From an uncultured delta proteobacterium (GTDB taxonomy: Bacteria > Desulfobacterota > Zymogenia > Zymogenales > Zymogenaceae): 64,000 nucleotides of DNA. Shown here piece after piece: positions 48,909-57,989 of the stretch (its first letter is position 1; the number at the start of each line of letters is the position of its first letter). The stretch covers positions 352,001 to 416,000 of the forward strand of contig CAWBYW010000007.1 in assembly GCA_963792965.1 (NCBI GenBank), written 5' to 3'. The notes beneath the pieces are model-generated. The model was not told the DNA's origin and searched no databases. It saw only the letters and a program-made list of their open reading frames with translations. Both the position numbers and the translations under genes were made by a program.

Positions 48909-50540
48909 ATGATGAAAACTCACGTACTTACTTTCCGTAATCTGATCATACTCATTATCGTCCTGGCGTTGTTCCCCACCAGCGGGTGCTCAGAGAGAAA
49001 ACGTCCTACCTTTAAAGCTCAGTACGACGTCATTATCATCGGCGGCGGTATGGGCGGCCTGTCCGCGGGGGCGCACCTCGCGTCCAAGGGCCTCAAGGTG
49101 CTGCTCCTTGAACAGGACCATAAGGTCGGCGGCTGCACAACGAACTTCAAACGGGGGGACTTCACGTTCGAAGTGGCCCTCCACGTCATGGCCGGGGGAC
49201 TGCCGGAAAGGAACGGCGCCCTCTATCAGCTCATGAAGGCGTGCGGCGTCGACAAGAAGGTCACCATCTACCAGCTTCCCGAATTATACCGATCGATCTA
49301 CCCCGATATCGACATCACGCTCCCCGCGGCGTCCTGGGATGCCTACAAGACGACACTCAAAGAACGATGGCCCAGCGAGTCGGCCGGCATTGATAAATTC
49401 CAGCTCCTTTGCGGACAGGTCATGAGCGAAATCATGTCGATAAAGGACCTCTTCCGGGAAACCGGGTTCAGGGCTTTCCTCACCAAGGCGCAGATCCCCT
49501 TCAAAGAGAGGACCCTTTTTAAGTGGAAGGATAAAACCCTCAAGGACACGATGGACGAGTGTTTCAAGGATGACAAGCTGAAGGCCGTCATGTCCCAGCT
49601 CTGGATGTACTACGGCGGGCCGGCGGACGACCAGACGTCTCTCATGAATTTCGCCGCCACCGAGATGTTCCTGACCGACGGCGTATGCCACGTCAGGGGA
49701 ACCTCTCAGGCCCTCTCCGACGCCTATGCCGACCGGATCAGGGAGCTCGGCGGTGAGGTAAAGACCGGGACACTCGTCACAAAGATTATCATGAAAGACG
49801 GCCTGGCGCGCGGCGTCGAAACGGAATTCGGAGACACGTACACGGCCCGCTATATCGTCTGCAATACCGATCCCTACCAGATGGTATTCAAGCTGATCGG
49901 CGAGGAAAACCTGCCCAAGGATTATGTCAAGAAGATCAAAGGAATGAAGCCGGCAAACTCGTTGTTCGGGGTCTACCTCGGGCTGAACATAGACCTGAAG
50001 AAGCTCGGCTATAAGGACACGGATATCATCTACAACAAGTCTTACAGCTCAAACGTCATATACGATAAGTGGATGAGGGGAGACATCAAGAACAGCGCCT
50101 GTCTCATCGGGATTTACAGCAATTACGGCGATCCGATCTACGCACCGCCGGGAAAATCGCTCGTCTCTCTGCTGGTCTACAGCAACTATGACCTCTGGCC
50201 CAAGGATCACGACGAATATCAGAAAATGAAAGAAGAAAAGGCCGACGAGCTGATCGCCCTGGCCGCAGAGGTCATACCGGAGCTTGCAGATCCCAAGAAT
50301 ATCGAGGTCAAAGAAACCGTTACGCCGGCAACACTGGCCGAGTTCACCAAGAACTACCAGGGCGTCCCCTACGGCTTCTACATGAGCCTTGACCAGTGGC
50401 AGAAGATACCCAACTATACCCCCATCGACAATGTCTTCATCGCCAGCAACTGGACACAGGGATTCCACGGGGTCGGCGCGGGACAGGTTAACGGGTGGCA
50501 GGCAGGGCGCCTCATCCTCGACCGGGAGGGCATCGAGTAG
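48909..50540 (+). CDS. Phytoene desaturase / retinol saturase family FAD oxidoreductase, predicted lipoprotein (paralog 1)
   Basis: Hydrophobic signal ending TSG-C27; YDVIIIGGGMGGL, KVGGCTTNFKRGDFTFE, APPGKS, TPAT, C-terminal HGVG. Confidence 0.88.
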   Translation: MMKTHVLTFRNLIILIIVLALFPTSGCSERKRPTFKAQYDVIIIGGGMGGLSAGAHLASKGLKVLLLEQDHKVGGCTTNFKRGDFTFEVALHVMAGGLPERNGALYQLMKACGVDKKVTIYQLPELYRSIYPDIDITLPAASWDAYKTTLKERWPSESAGIDKFQLLCGQVMSEIMSIKDLFRETGFRAFLTKAQIPFKERTLFKWKDKTLKDTMDECFKDDKLKAVMSQLWMYYGGPADDQTSLMNFAATEMFLTDGVCHVRGTSQALSDAYADRIRELGGEVKTGTLVTKIIMKDGLARGVETEFGDTYTARYIVCNTDPYQMVFKLIGEENLPKDYVKKIKGMKPANSLFGVYLGLNIDLKKLGYKDTDIIYNKSYSSNVIYDKWMRGDIKNSACLIGIYSNYGDPIYAPPGKSLVSLLVYSNYDLWPKDHDEYQKMKEEKADELIALAAEVIPELADPKNIEVKETVTPATLAEFTKNYQGVPYGFYMSLDQWQKIPNYTPIDNVFIASNWTQGFHGVGAGQVNGWQAGRLILDREGIE

Positions 50541-50752
50541 TCAGGACACCTGAGAGGAAAAGAAAGGCGCTGCGTCCGGCCTCGCCAGGCGAGCGCCTGC
50601 CGGCCGGCAATTGATCACTCGTCCTTAGGTAAGGAGCGCATCGACTCCACCTGGCACCGGCGCGCCGGCTGAGTCTTCTCTGCGAGAGATCCGGTTTTTC
50701 TGCTTTCGTTTTGAACGGATTTGTATATACTGCGTCCATCGTGAGGTGTACC

Positions 50753-52368
50753 ATGAACAGACCACGCCACATCGCGACAATCGTCATCATCTTTGTCATC
50801 TCTCTTTCGCTTCTCATCAGCACCCGGGTGCGCGCAAGAAGCGCCCTGATTTCAAGGCCCAGTACGACGTCATCATCGTCGGCGCCGGCATGGCGGGGCT
50901 CTCGGCCGGCGCGCACCTTGCCAGTAACGGCCTCAAGGTCCTGGTCCTCGAACAGCACCACAAGGTCGGAGGCTGCACGACCAATTTCAAGCGGGGCGAC
51001 TTCACCTTCGAGGTGGCGCTGCACGAGCTGGCCGGCGGCGGCCTCTTCCAGCTCATGGACCTCTGCGGCGTAAAACAGAAGGTTAAGCTCTATCCGCTCC
51101 CCGACCTCTACCGCTCGATCTTCCCGGGCGATCCTACCGTCGATATGACGATGCCGGCCAACTGGAAGGGATGGGACGATACCCTCAAAAAGAAATGGCC
51201 CGAGGAGTCCGAGGGAGTCGATAAGCTGCACAGGCTCTCCACGCAGGTCTTTGCCGACATCATGGACGTGAAGGACCTCTTCCGCTATAGCGGCCCGAAG
51301 GCCTTCTTCAAGACGCTCTCCGTCCCCATTAAGCATCCGGCCCTCGTCAAATGGAGCAGGAGGACCTTACAGCAGCTCCTTGACGAGTGCTTCAAGGGTG
51401 AAGACATCAAGGCCGTCGTCTCCCAGTTCTGGGTCTACTACGGCGCCCCGATCCCCGACGAGATCGCCATCTTCTCTCTGGCCGCCAATGAGGTCTTCCT
51501 CACCGAAGGCGCCTGGCACGTCATGGGCACGTCCCAGGCCCTCTCCAACGCCTACGCCGAGCGTATCCGTGAGCTCGGCGGGGATGTCAAGACCGGTACC
51601 CTCGTCACGAAGATTATCATCGAAAACGGCATGGCCACCGGAGTCGAGACCGAGTTCGGCGAAAAATACACGGGCCGCTATGTCCTGGCCGACACCGATC
51701 CCTACCAGCTCATCTACAAGCTCGTGGGAGAAAACAATTTGCCGAAAAGCTACGTGAAAAAGGTCAAATCCCTCAAACCGGCCAACTCCCTGTTCGTCAC
51801 CTACCTCGGCCTGAATATCGATCTCAAGAAATTGGGCTACAAAGACACCGAGATATTCTACAACACGTCAAAAGACTCCGTGGCCGTATACAACAACATG
51901 ATGAAGAATGACTTCAAGGACGGGATGGTCTCCATCACGATCTACTCAAACTACGGCGACCCGATCTACGCCCCGCCCGGCAAATCGGTCGTGGCGCTCC
52001 TTGAATTTTCCGATTACGACAGCTGGCCCAAGGATTATGACAGCTACCAGCAGATGAAAGACGACAAGGCCAAGGAGATCATCGATCTTGCCGCAAAGGT
52101 GATCCCCGAGCTTGCCGATCCTAAAAACATTGAGGTCAAGGAAGTCATGACTCCGCTGACGCTCGAGGAATTCACGATGAACTATCACGGGATCCCGTAC
52201 GGCTTCTACCTCGACACCAAGCAGTGGAAGAAGATCCCGATTAATACCCCGATTGATAATCTCTTCATCGCGTCAAGCTGGACCCAGTCATGGCACGGGG
52301 TGGGATCGGCTCAGATCAACGGCTGGATGGCCGCTCGTCTCATCATGGATCGGGAGGGCATCAAGTAG
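50753..52368 (+). CDS. Phytoene desaturase / retinol saturase family FAD oxidoreductase, probable lipoprotein (paralog 2); frameshift(s) near 50822-50835
   Basis: GAGGT RBS and ATG 50753 MNRPRHIATIVIIFVISLSLLIST; a GGG-TGC (G-C) codon pair lies out of frame; mature frame KKRPDFKAQYDVIIVGAGMAGL. Confidence 0.85.
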
Positions 52369-52485
52369 TTAAGCCCGCGCGTGACCGGGCTAACCGATAT
52401 TTTCAGGTTATGTCCCCTGCGGTTGTCATGGGGGCAAGACAATAGTAACGAGAGACTTCATTCATCCTATTGCAGGAGACAACCG

Positions 52486-54116
52486 ATGAGAAAGAAACAT
52501 ACTATTTCGCAAACGATTTTCGTCCTCTTTCTCGCCCTGACCTTCCTCATCGCCACGGGATGCGCCGAAAAAAAGCCTCCCACCCATAAGGCGCAGTACG
52601 ATGTCATCATCATCGGCGGCGGTATGGGGGGACTCTCCGCCGCGGCTCACCTGGCCACCAAGGGCCTCAAGGTGCTTCTGCTTGAGCAGCACCAAAAAGT
52701 GGGCGGCTCCACGAGCAACTTCACGCGCGGCGCATTCACGTTTGAGACCGCCCTCCACGAGATGGCCGGCGGCGGACCCGGCAAGCAGGACCGCGCCCTC
52801 TTTAAGCTCCTGGCCGCCTGCGGGGTCGACAAGAAAGTCCGGCTCTACGAGCTGCCCGATTTCTACCGCTCCGTCTACCCCGGCGGTGTTGACGTCACGA
52901 TGCCCAACAACTGGGACGGCTGGGACAAGACCCTCAAGGACAAATGGCCCGAGGAAGCATCCGGCATCGACACGTTCCACGCGCTCTGCTCCGGCATGAT
53001 GAATGATTTCCTGTCGATGAAGAACCTCTTCCGGTATTCCGGCCTCAGGGCTTTCCTCACGAAGGCGCAGGTCCCTCTTAGGCAGAAAACATTCTTCCAC
53101 TGGAAAGACAAGACGCTCAAGGAGCTGATGGACACATGCTTCAAGGGCGAGGACATCAAGGCCGTGGTCTCGCAGCTCTGGGTCTACTACGGCGCACCCG
53201 TTCCCGATGAGACCGCCCTGCTGCTCTTGGCCGCCACCGACGGTTACCTCACGGACGGCATCTGGCACATCAAGGGAACCTCCCAGGCCCTCGCCAACGC
53301 CTATGCCGATCGGATTAGAGAGCTCGGAGGCGTCGTGAAGACCGGGGAGCTCGTTACAAAGATCACCATGAAAGACGGCGTGGCCACCGGGGTCGAGACC
53401 GCGCTGGGAAACACCTATACCGGCCGGTATATCGTCGCCAACACGGACCCCTATCAGCTCGTCTTCAAGCTGATCGGACAGGAGAATCTCCCCAAGGACT
53501 ATGTCCAGAAAATCAAGGATATGAAGCCCGCCAACTCTCTGTTCGGCGTCTACCTCGGGCTCAACATCGACTTGAAAGCCAGGGGATATAAGGACACCGA
53601 GATCATCTATAACACCAGCAAGGACAGCACCGTCCTCTACGACAACATGATGAAAGGTGATTTCGCAAACGGCGCCACCACCATCACCATCTACAGCAAC
53701 TATGGCGACCCCATCTACGCGCCTCCCGGTAAGTCGGTCGTGGTGCTCCACTCCTACTCGGACTACAATATCTGGCCGAAAGATCAGGAAGAGTACCTGG
53801 CCATGAAGGAAAAGAAGGCCCAAGAGCTGATTACGCTTGCGGCCAACATGGTGCCGGAGCTTGCCGATCCGAAGAACATCGAGGTAAAGGAGGTCGTCAC
53901 GCCGGTAACTCTTAAGGAGTTCACCATGAACGAGGACGGCATCGTTTACGGCTTCTATATGAATCCCGCGCAGTGGCAAAAGATCCCCAACGACACACCG
54001 ATCGATAACGTCTTTATCGCCAGCAACTGGACCCAGGCTGGCACGGCGTCGGCTCCTGCCAGGTCAACGGATGGAGGGCCGCACGGCTCATACTTGACAG
54101 AGAAGGTATCGAATAA
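52486..54116 (+). CDS. Phytoene desaturase / retinol saturase family FAD oxidoreductase, predicted lipoprotein (paralog 3); frameshift near 54036
   Basis: GGAG RBS, MRKKHTISQTIFVLFLALTFLIATG-C26; same core motifs; adding one G restores WHGVGSCQVNGWRAARLILDREGIE-stop, as in the paralogs. Confidence 0.88.
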
Positions 54117-54130
54117 GAGTGGAGGAAAAT

Positions 54131-54520
54131 ATGAAAAGGAATACAATCATACTGCTTTTGGCCGTGGGCGCCCTCTTCCTGTTTTTCATGGGCGTTGCGG
54201 CGTTCTCAATCGAGAAAACACCGACGACGGTGATGATCGAGGATACTACAAAGGCCACCGACCGGTATCTCGGGGTCGACTTCAAGCACGAATACCACAT
54301 CACAACCCTCGGCATCACCTGCGTCACGTGCCACCATGCCGAGAAGAAGGGTTTCGTTTCCGGAACGCCCGCCCGCTGCGAGGTCTGCCACAAGGCCGAC
54401 GCCGCCATCACCTTCAAGGATGCGATGCACAAGAATTGCGTCATCTGCCACATCAACGAGACCGCCAAAGGGAAAAAGCCCCCGACGGAGTGCCTCGGGT
54501 GCCATACCCAGAGGAAGTAA
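54131..54520 (+). CDS. Tetraheme cytochrome c3 (class III), periplasmic
   Basis: Signal peptide; FKHEYH, CVTCHH, CEVCH, MH, CVICH, CLGCH give 4 heme sites plus 4 distal His; GGAGG RBS. Confidence 0.93.
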   Translation: MKRNTIILLLAVGALFLFFMGVAAFSIEKTPTTVMIEDTTKATDRYLGVDFKHEYHITTLGITCVTCHHAEKKGFVSGTPARCEVCHKADAAITFKDAMHKNCVICHINETAKGKKPPTECLGCHTQRK

Positions 54521-54529
54521 CCGAGCTTT

Positions 54530-54555
54530 CCGACCCCCTCTCAAGAGGGGGTCGG
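54530..54555 (+). terminator. Perfect 11-bp hairpin after cytochrome c3 (terminator or stabiliser; no U tract)
   Basis: CCGACCCCCTC-TCAA-GAGGGGGTCGG. Confidence 0.6.
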
Positions 54556-54692
54556 TCCCCCTCCCCTGTTGTCCGCCCCGTGTGGAGGAAAACCCACGCT
54601 CCCCCGCAATGGATACAAAAGCGTTTCTCTTTTTTGCTTTATCAAGGCCGCGTTTTGTAGTATAAATTGACCATGTCGCTAAAGATTACCGA

Positions 54693-55022
54693 ATGAAGCG
54701 AGCCGATATTATTTTTCTCATCGCGGTGGTTGCCCTGATCGGCTCCGCTTTTCTCCTTTTCGAGATCCTCGCCACGCCCGCGGGAAAGACGGTCGCCATC
54801 GAGGAGGGAAACGAGGTAGTGGGTAACTACCCCCTCTCCGAGGATCGGACGATCAAGGTCCAGGGCCCGCTCGGCATCACCACCGTGGTAATTAAAGGCG
54901 GCCAGGTCTATGTGTCGGACTCGCCCTGTCCGAACAAGATCTGTATTGAAATGGGGCACATTTTTGAAAAGGGAGACACTATTGTCTGTCTCCCTAACCG
55001 TGTTTACATCACCATACGCTGA
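54693..55022 (+). CDS. NusG domain II (DUF1312/Lin0431-like) membrane-anchored protein
   Basis: N-terminal TM helix starting MKRADII; SPCPNKICIEMG...IVCLPNRV signature. Confidence 0.88.
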   Translation: MKRADIIFLIAVVALIGSAFLLFEILATPAGKTVAIEEGNEVVGNYPLSEDRTIKVQGPLGITTVVIKGGQVYVSDSPCPNKICIEMGHIFEKGDTIVCLPNRVYITIR

Positions 55023-55931
55023 TGACAAGCCGCTTGACAAAATCCCGCGCAAAATGCCGATCGGTACCGGGAAGTCGGGCGTACCCCTCCCTACGCATAC
55101 GTGCATCCATACTCCTTCTTCTCTCTTTTGTCTTTCTTCCTCTGTTTGTGGAAGTCGGCTGCGCCCCTACGTCCGCCCTCGCGTGGAACCGCAGGGGCCT
55201 GGACTATTACCGGCACGGTGATCTCGACCGGGCTCTCGCGTCGTATACCGAGGCCATCAGACTCTCCCCCGACCTCGCCGCCGCCTACTATAACCGCGGC
55301 GCCCTCTATCGGAAGTTATCGCGCCCAACAGACGCGAGGGCGGATTTCTCAAAGGCCCTGGAGCTTGGACCCGAACTACGCCGACGCCTATTTCGCCCGT
55401 GGCGGCCTCTTTCTTGAACAGCGGCGCTTTGGGGCCGCATGCGGCGACTTCACACGCGTCATCGAACTACGCCCGGATCGGGCAGATGTGTATCTCCTGC
55501 GGGGAAGCGCGCTCACCGAATTGGAGCGCTATGACGAGGCCGCCGCCGACTTCGAGGCCGCCCTCCGCTTGGGCCCGGAAGACCCTGGCGCGTTCATGAC
55601 ACGAGGCGAGTTCAAATTCAAGAGAGGCCGATACGACGACGCGGTAGCCGACTATACAAAGGCGCTGTCGCTCAGCCCCGGTCTCGTGAAGGCCTATCTT
55701 TTGCGGGGAACCGCATACGAATACGGGCTGTCGCGGCCGGATGCGGCGTTGACCGACTACACCGAGGCCATCTCGATAGATCCGAAAGACCCCACGGCCC
55801 GCAACTTTCGGGGAAATCTCCTCAGAAAGCTCGGGAAGAGTGAGGATGCCCTGGCGGATTTCAAGGCGATTTGCGATATGGGCTATTCATTCGGCTGCTG
55901 GCAATACGAGTGGCTGACGGGCGGGAATTGA
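55022..55931 (+). CDS. TPR-repeat protein, possible lipoprotein; frameshift near 55367
   Basis: Hydrophobic stretch ending VG-C; repeated AYYNRG / ADFSKALEL-type TPR units; ACDMG-like C-terminal cap. Confidence 0.82.
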
Positions 55932-55952
55932 TCACTTTCCTGGATAGCCGAG

Positions 55953-56744
55953 ATGAGGCGAAGGGCCGATACTAAGACAATGATAAGAGACCACGTGACA
56001 CGATGCACCCGGCGGACATTCCTGGCGGGGCTGGTCGGGACCGCCGGCGCCGTGCTTTCGGCACAGGCACAGCCTGCCGAAAGCCCCCGGATCGTTACCG
56101 CCAGCCGTCGCCTCGACGACGAAAACCACGTCTTCATCACAAGCGCGCGACACGGCCGATACCTTGCCAAGATCGTGACCGCCCGCGAGATAACGGGAAA
56201 GACCTTTGCGACGACCACGGAGATACTCGACGCAACCGGGGCGTTTGTCTGCCTTAACGGGAGCTTTTTCGAGGACGACGGCTCGCCGAGTGGGCTGTTC
56301 GTAACCGACCACCGCTGCGCGAACACAGTAATCTACGGCAAGGGGGACGGCATCCTCTACGTCGATAAAGATCGGCAGCTCAAGATGATCTCGAAGTATC
56401 ATTTTTCGGAGCACAGGGATCGGATGGTCGACGCGCTTCAGATCAATATCTTCAGCGAGGAGAATATGAAGCTCTACGAGGACAACGAGCACAAGAGGAG
56501 GGTCCCGAGAAATCTCATCGGACTATCGCCGGACGGAATCGTCGATGTGATCTATAAGGACACCAACTTTACCCTCGGTGATCGATACATGAGGGGAGTC
56601 CACGGATGCACCGTGGTCGGAGCGCTGGACGGCGGCAGCAGCGCGTCGGCGGTCGACCGGCTCGGGAGGTCAAGCTACAGCGAGAGCCAAAAAGACCGCC
56701 CGGAGGCCGCGGTGGCCAATTTCATACTGCTCTACGAGCGGTGA
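55953..56744 (+). CDS. Tat-exported phosphodiester glycosidase (NAGPA/DUF2233-like) protein; true start may be 55980 or later
   Basis: TRRTFL twin-arginine signal ending AQA; NGSFF, PRNLIG, LDGGSS motifs. Confidence 0.75.
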   Translation: MRRRADTKTMIRDHVTRCTRRTFLAGLVGTAGAVLSAQAQPAESPRIVTASRRLDDENHVFITSARHGRYLAKIVTAREITGKTFATTTEILDATGAFVCLNGSFFEDDGSPSGLFVTDHRCANTVIYGKGDGILYVDKDRQLKMISKYHFSEHRDRMVDALQINIFSEENMKLYEDNEHKRRVPRNLIGLSPDGIVDVIYKDTNFTLGDRYMRGVHGCTVVGALDGGSSASAVDRLGRSSYSESQKDRPEAAVANFILLYER

Positions 56745-56758
56745 CCGGGAGCACTCTT

Positions 56759-57079
56759 TCACTCCCTCTCTTTTCCCCGGATATAGGCGTCGATAGTGGA
56801 GAGCACCCACGCGGCAAAGAGACCCAACAGACAGAGGATAATCCCGCCCTCCACGCGTGCAAGCTCATGTCCCCACAGTACCAAAAGCGATCCATAACCC
56901 TCCCACTGTCCCACGGCCCGGAAAAGCGCCACCGTGACCAGACCCACCACACCGATGATCAGGCCGACCGTCACCACGATATAGGCGGCACCTTTGAGCG
57001 GCTCCCGATTAAAGATCTGGCCGGCGCCCGGAAAAACCAGGCCGGAAAGGAGGGACGCAATATATCTTTTTTTTATCAT
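56759..57079 (-). CDS. Small membrane protein with a PGxGQ motif (DUF5683-like)
   Basis: LLSGLVFPGAGQIFN...KG, hydrophobic helices, STIDAY. Confidence 0.75.
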   Translation of the reverse strand: MIKKRYIASLLSGLVFPGAGQIFNREPLKGAAYIVVTVGLIIGVVGLVTVALFRAVGQWEGYGSLLVLWGHELARVEGGIILCLLGLFAAWVLSTIDAYIRGKERE

Positions 57080-57855
57080 CTATTACCCCCGACCGGGTGA
57101 GCCGATTTGGCTTGTTGCCACAGTCGTTCGAGATCGTCGATGCTCATCTGGGCAAGAGTCCGCCCTTCTCTCTTGGCCGCCTCCTCGACCCAGCGGAAGC
57201 GCTGTGAGAACTTCCTATTGGATTTCCTTAACGCCAGCTCCGGGCTTACCTTCAGAAAACGGGCGAGGTTCGACACGGAAAAGAGTATATCGCCGATCTC
57301 CTCCTCCGCCCCGGGGACGTTTTCGTCCCGCAGTGCTTCTTTAAGCTCCGATATCTCCTCCTCGATCTTGCTCAAGACGCCGGATACATCGTCCCAGTCG
57401 AATCCGACACGGGAGGCGCGCTGCCCGTATTTCTGCGCGATCACGAGTGCAGGGAGGTTCTCGGTGACACCGTCGAGGATCGAGGCAGCATGCTTTTTTT
57501 TCGCCTTGATCTTTTCCCAGCTTCCCTCGACCTCCGCCGGAGTGGAAAGGCGCTTGTTTCCGAATACATGCGGGTGGCGCTCTATCATCTTGGCCCCGAT
57601 ATCGCCTATCGCGTTGTCTACCGTAAAGGCGCCCTCTTCTTCCTTTATTCGTGCCACGAAGATGATTTCAAAAAGGAGATCCCCCAGCTCTTCCCTGATC
57701 TTATCGTCGTCCTTGGAGTCGATGGCCTCAATCAGCTCCAGTGCCTCTTCCATCACGTAAGGCCTAAGATCGTAGATCCGCTGCGCCCGATCCCAGGGAC
57801 ACCCCTCGGGGGCCCTCAGGGCGGCCATCAAACGTACAAGGTCATAAAAGTCCAT
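57076..57855 (-). CDS. mazG: Nucleoside triphosphate pyrophosphohydrolase MazG
   Basis: LRAPEGCPWDRAQ, EELGDLL, RHPHVFG, GFDW, EEIGDILF; exact start uncertain. Confidence 0.95.
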   Translation of the reverse strand: MDFYDLVRLMAALRAPEGCPWDRAQRIYDLRPYVMEEALELIEAIDSKDDDKIREELGDLLFEIIFVARIKEEEGAFTVDNAIGDIGAKMIERHPHVFGNKRLSTPAEVEGSWEKIKAKKKHAASILDGVTENLPALVIAQKYGQRASRVGFDWDDVSGVLSKIEEEISELKEALRDENVPGAEEEIGDILFSVSNLARFLKVSPELALRKSNRKFSQRFRWVEEAAKREGRTLAQMSIDDLERLWQQAKSAHPVGGNR

Positions 57856-57935
57856 CTGTTTCTCCGCATAACCCACCTGAAGGATACGGGAGAAAGGATC
57901 AAAAATCAAGTCCAAAGGGTCTTATCAATAAAAAC

Positions 57936-57964
57936 TTGATTCTTTTATAGATACGTGATATCTT
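57936..57964 (+). promoter_or_regulatory. Sigma70 promoter (extended -10)
   Basis: TTGATT, 17 bp, TGn-TATCTT. Confidence 0.6.
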
Positions 57965-57989
57965 TAACCAATTGTGTATAGGGTGAGGA

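Noticed and set aside
50545-50700. Short GC palindromes between paralogs 1 and 2
   Set aside because: Six-bp palindromes are expected at this GC content and are not repeated elsewhere in the window
48909-54116. Carotenoid biosynthesis cluster
   Set aside because: No phytoene synthase, GGPP synthase or cyclase nearby, and export signals do not fit cytoplasmic carotenogenesis
52381-54660. 759-aa ORF suggesting a flavoenzyme extended across or fused to the cytochrome region
   Set aside because: Artefact of a missing G near 54036; the corrected frame stops at 54116 like the paralogs, and the cytochrome is in another frame with its own RBS and signal peptide
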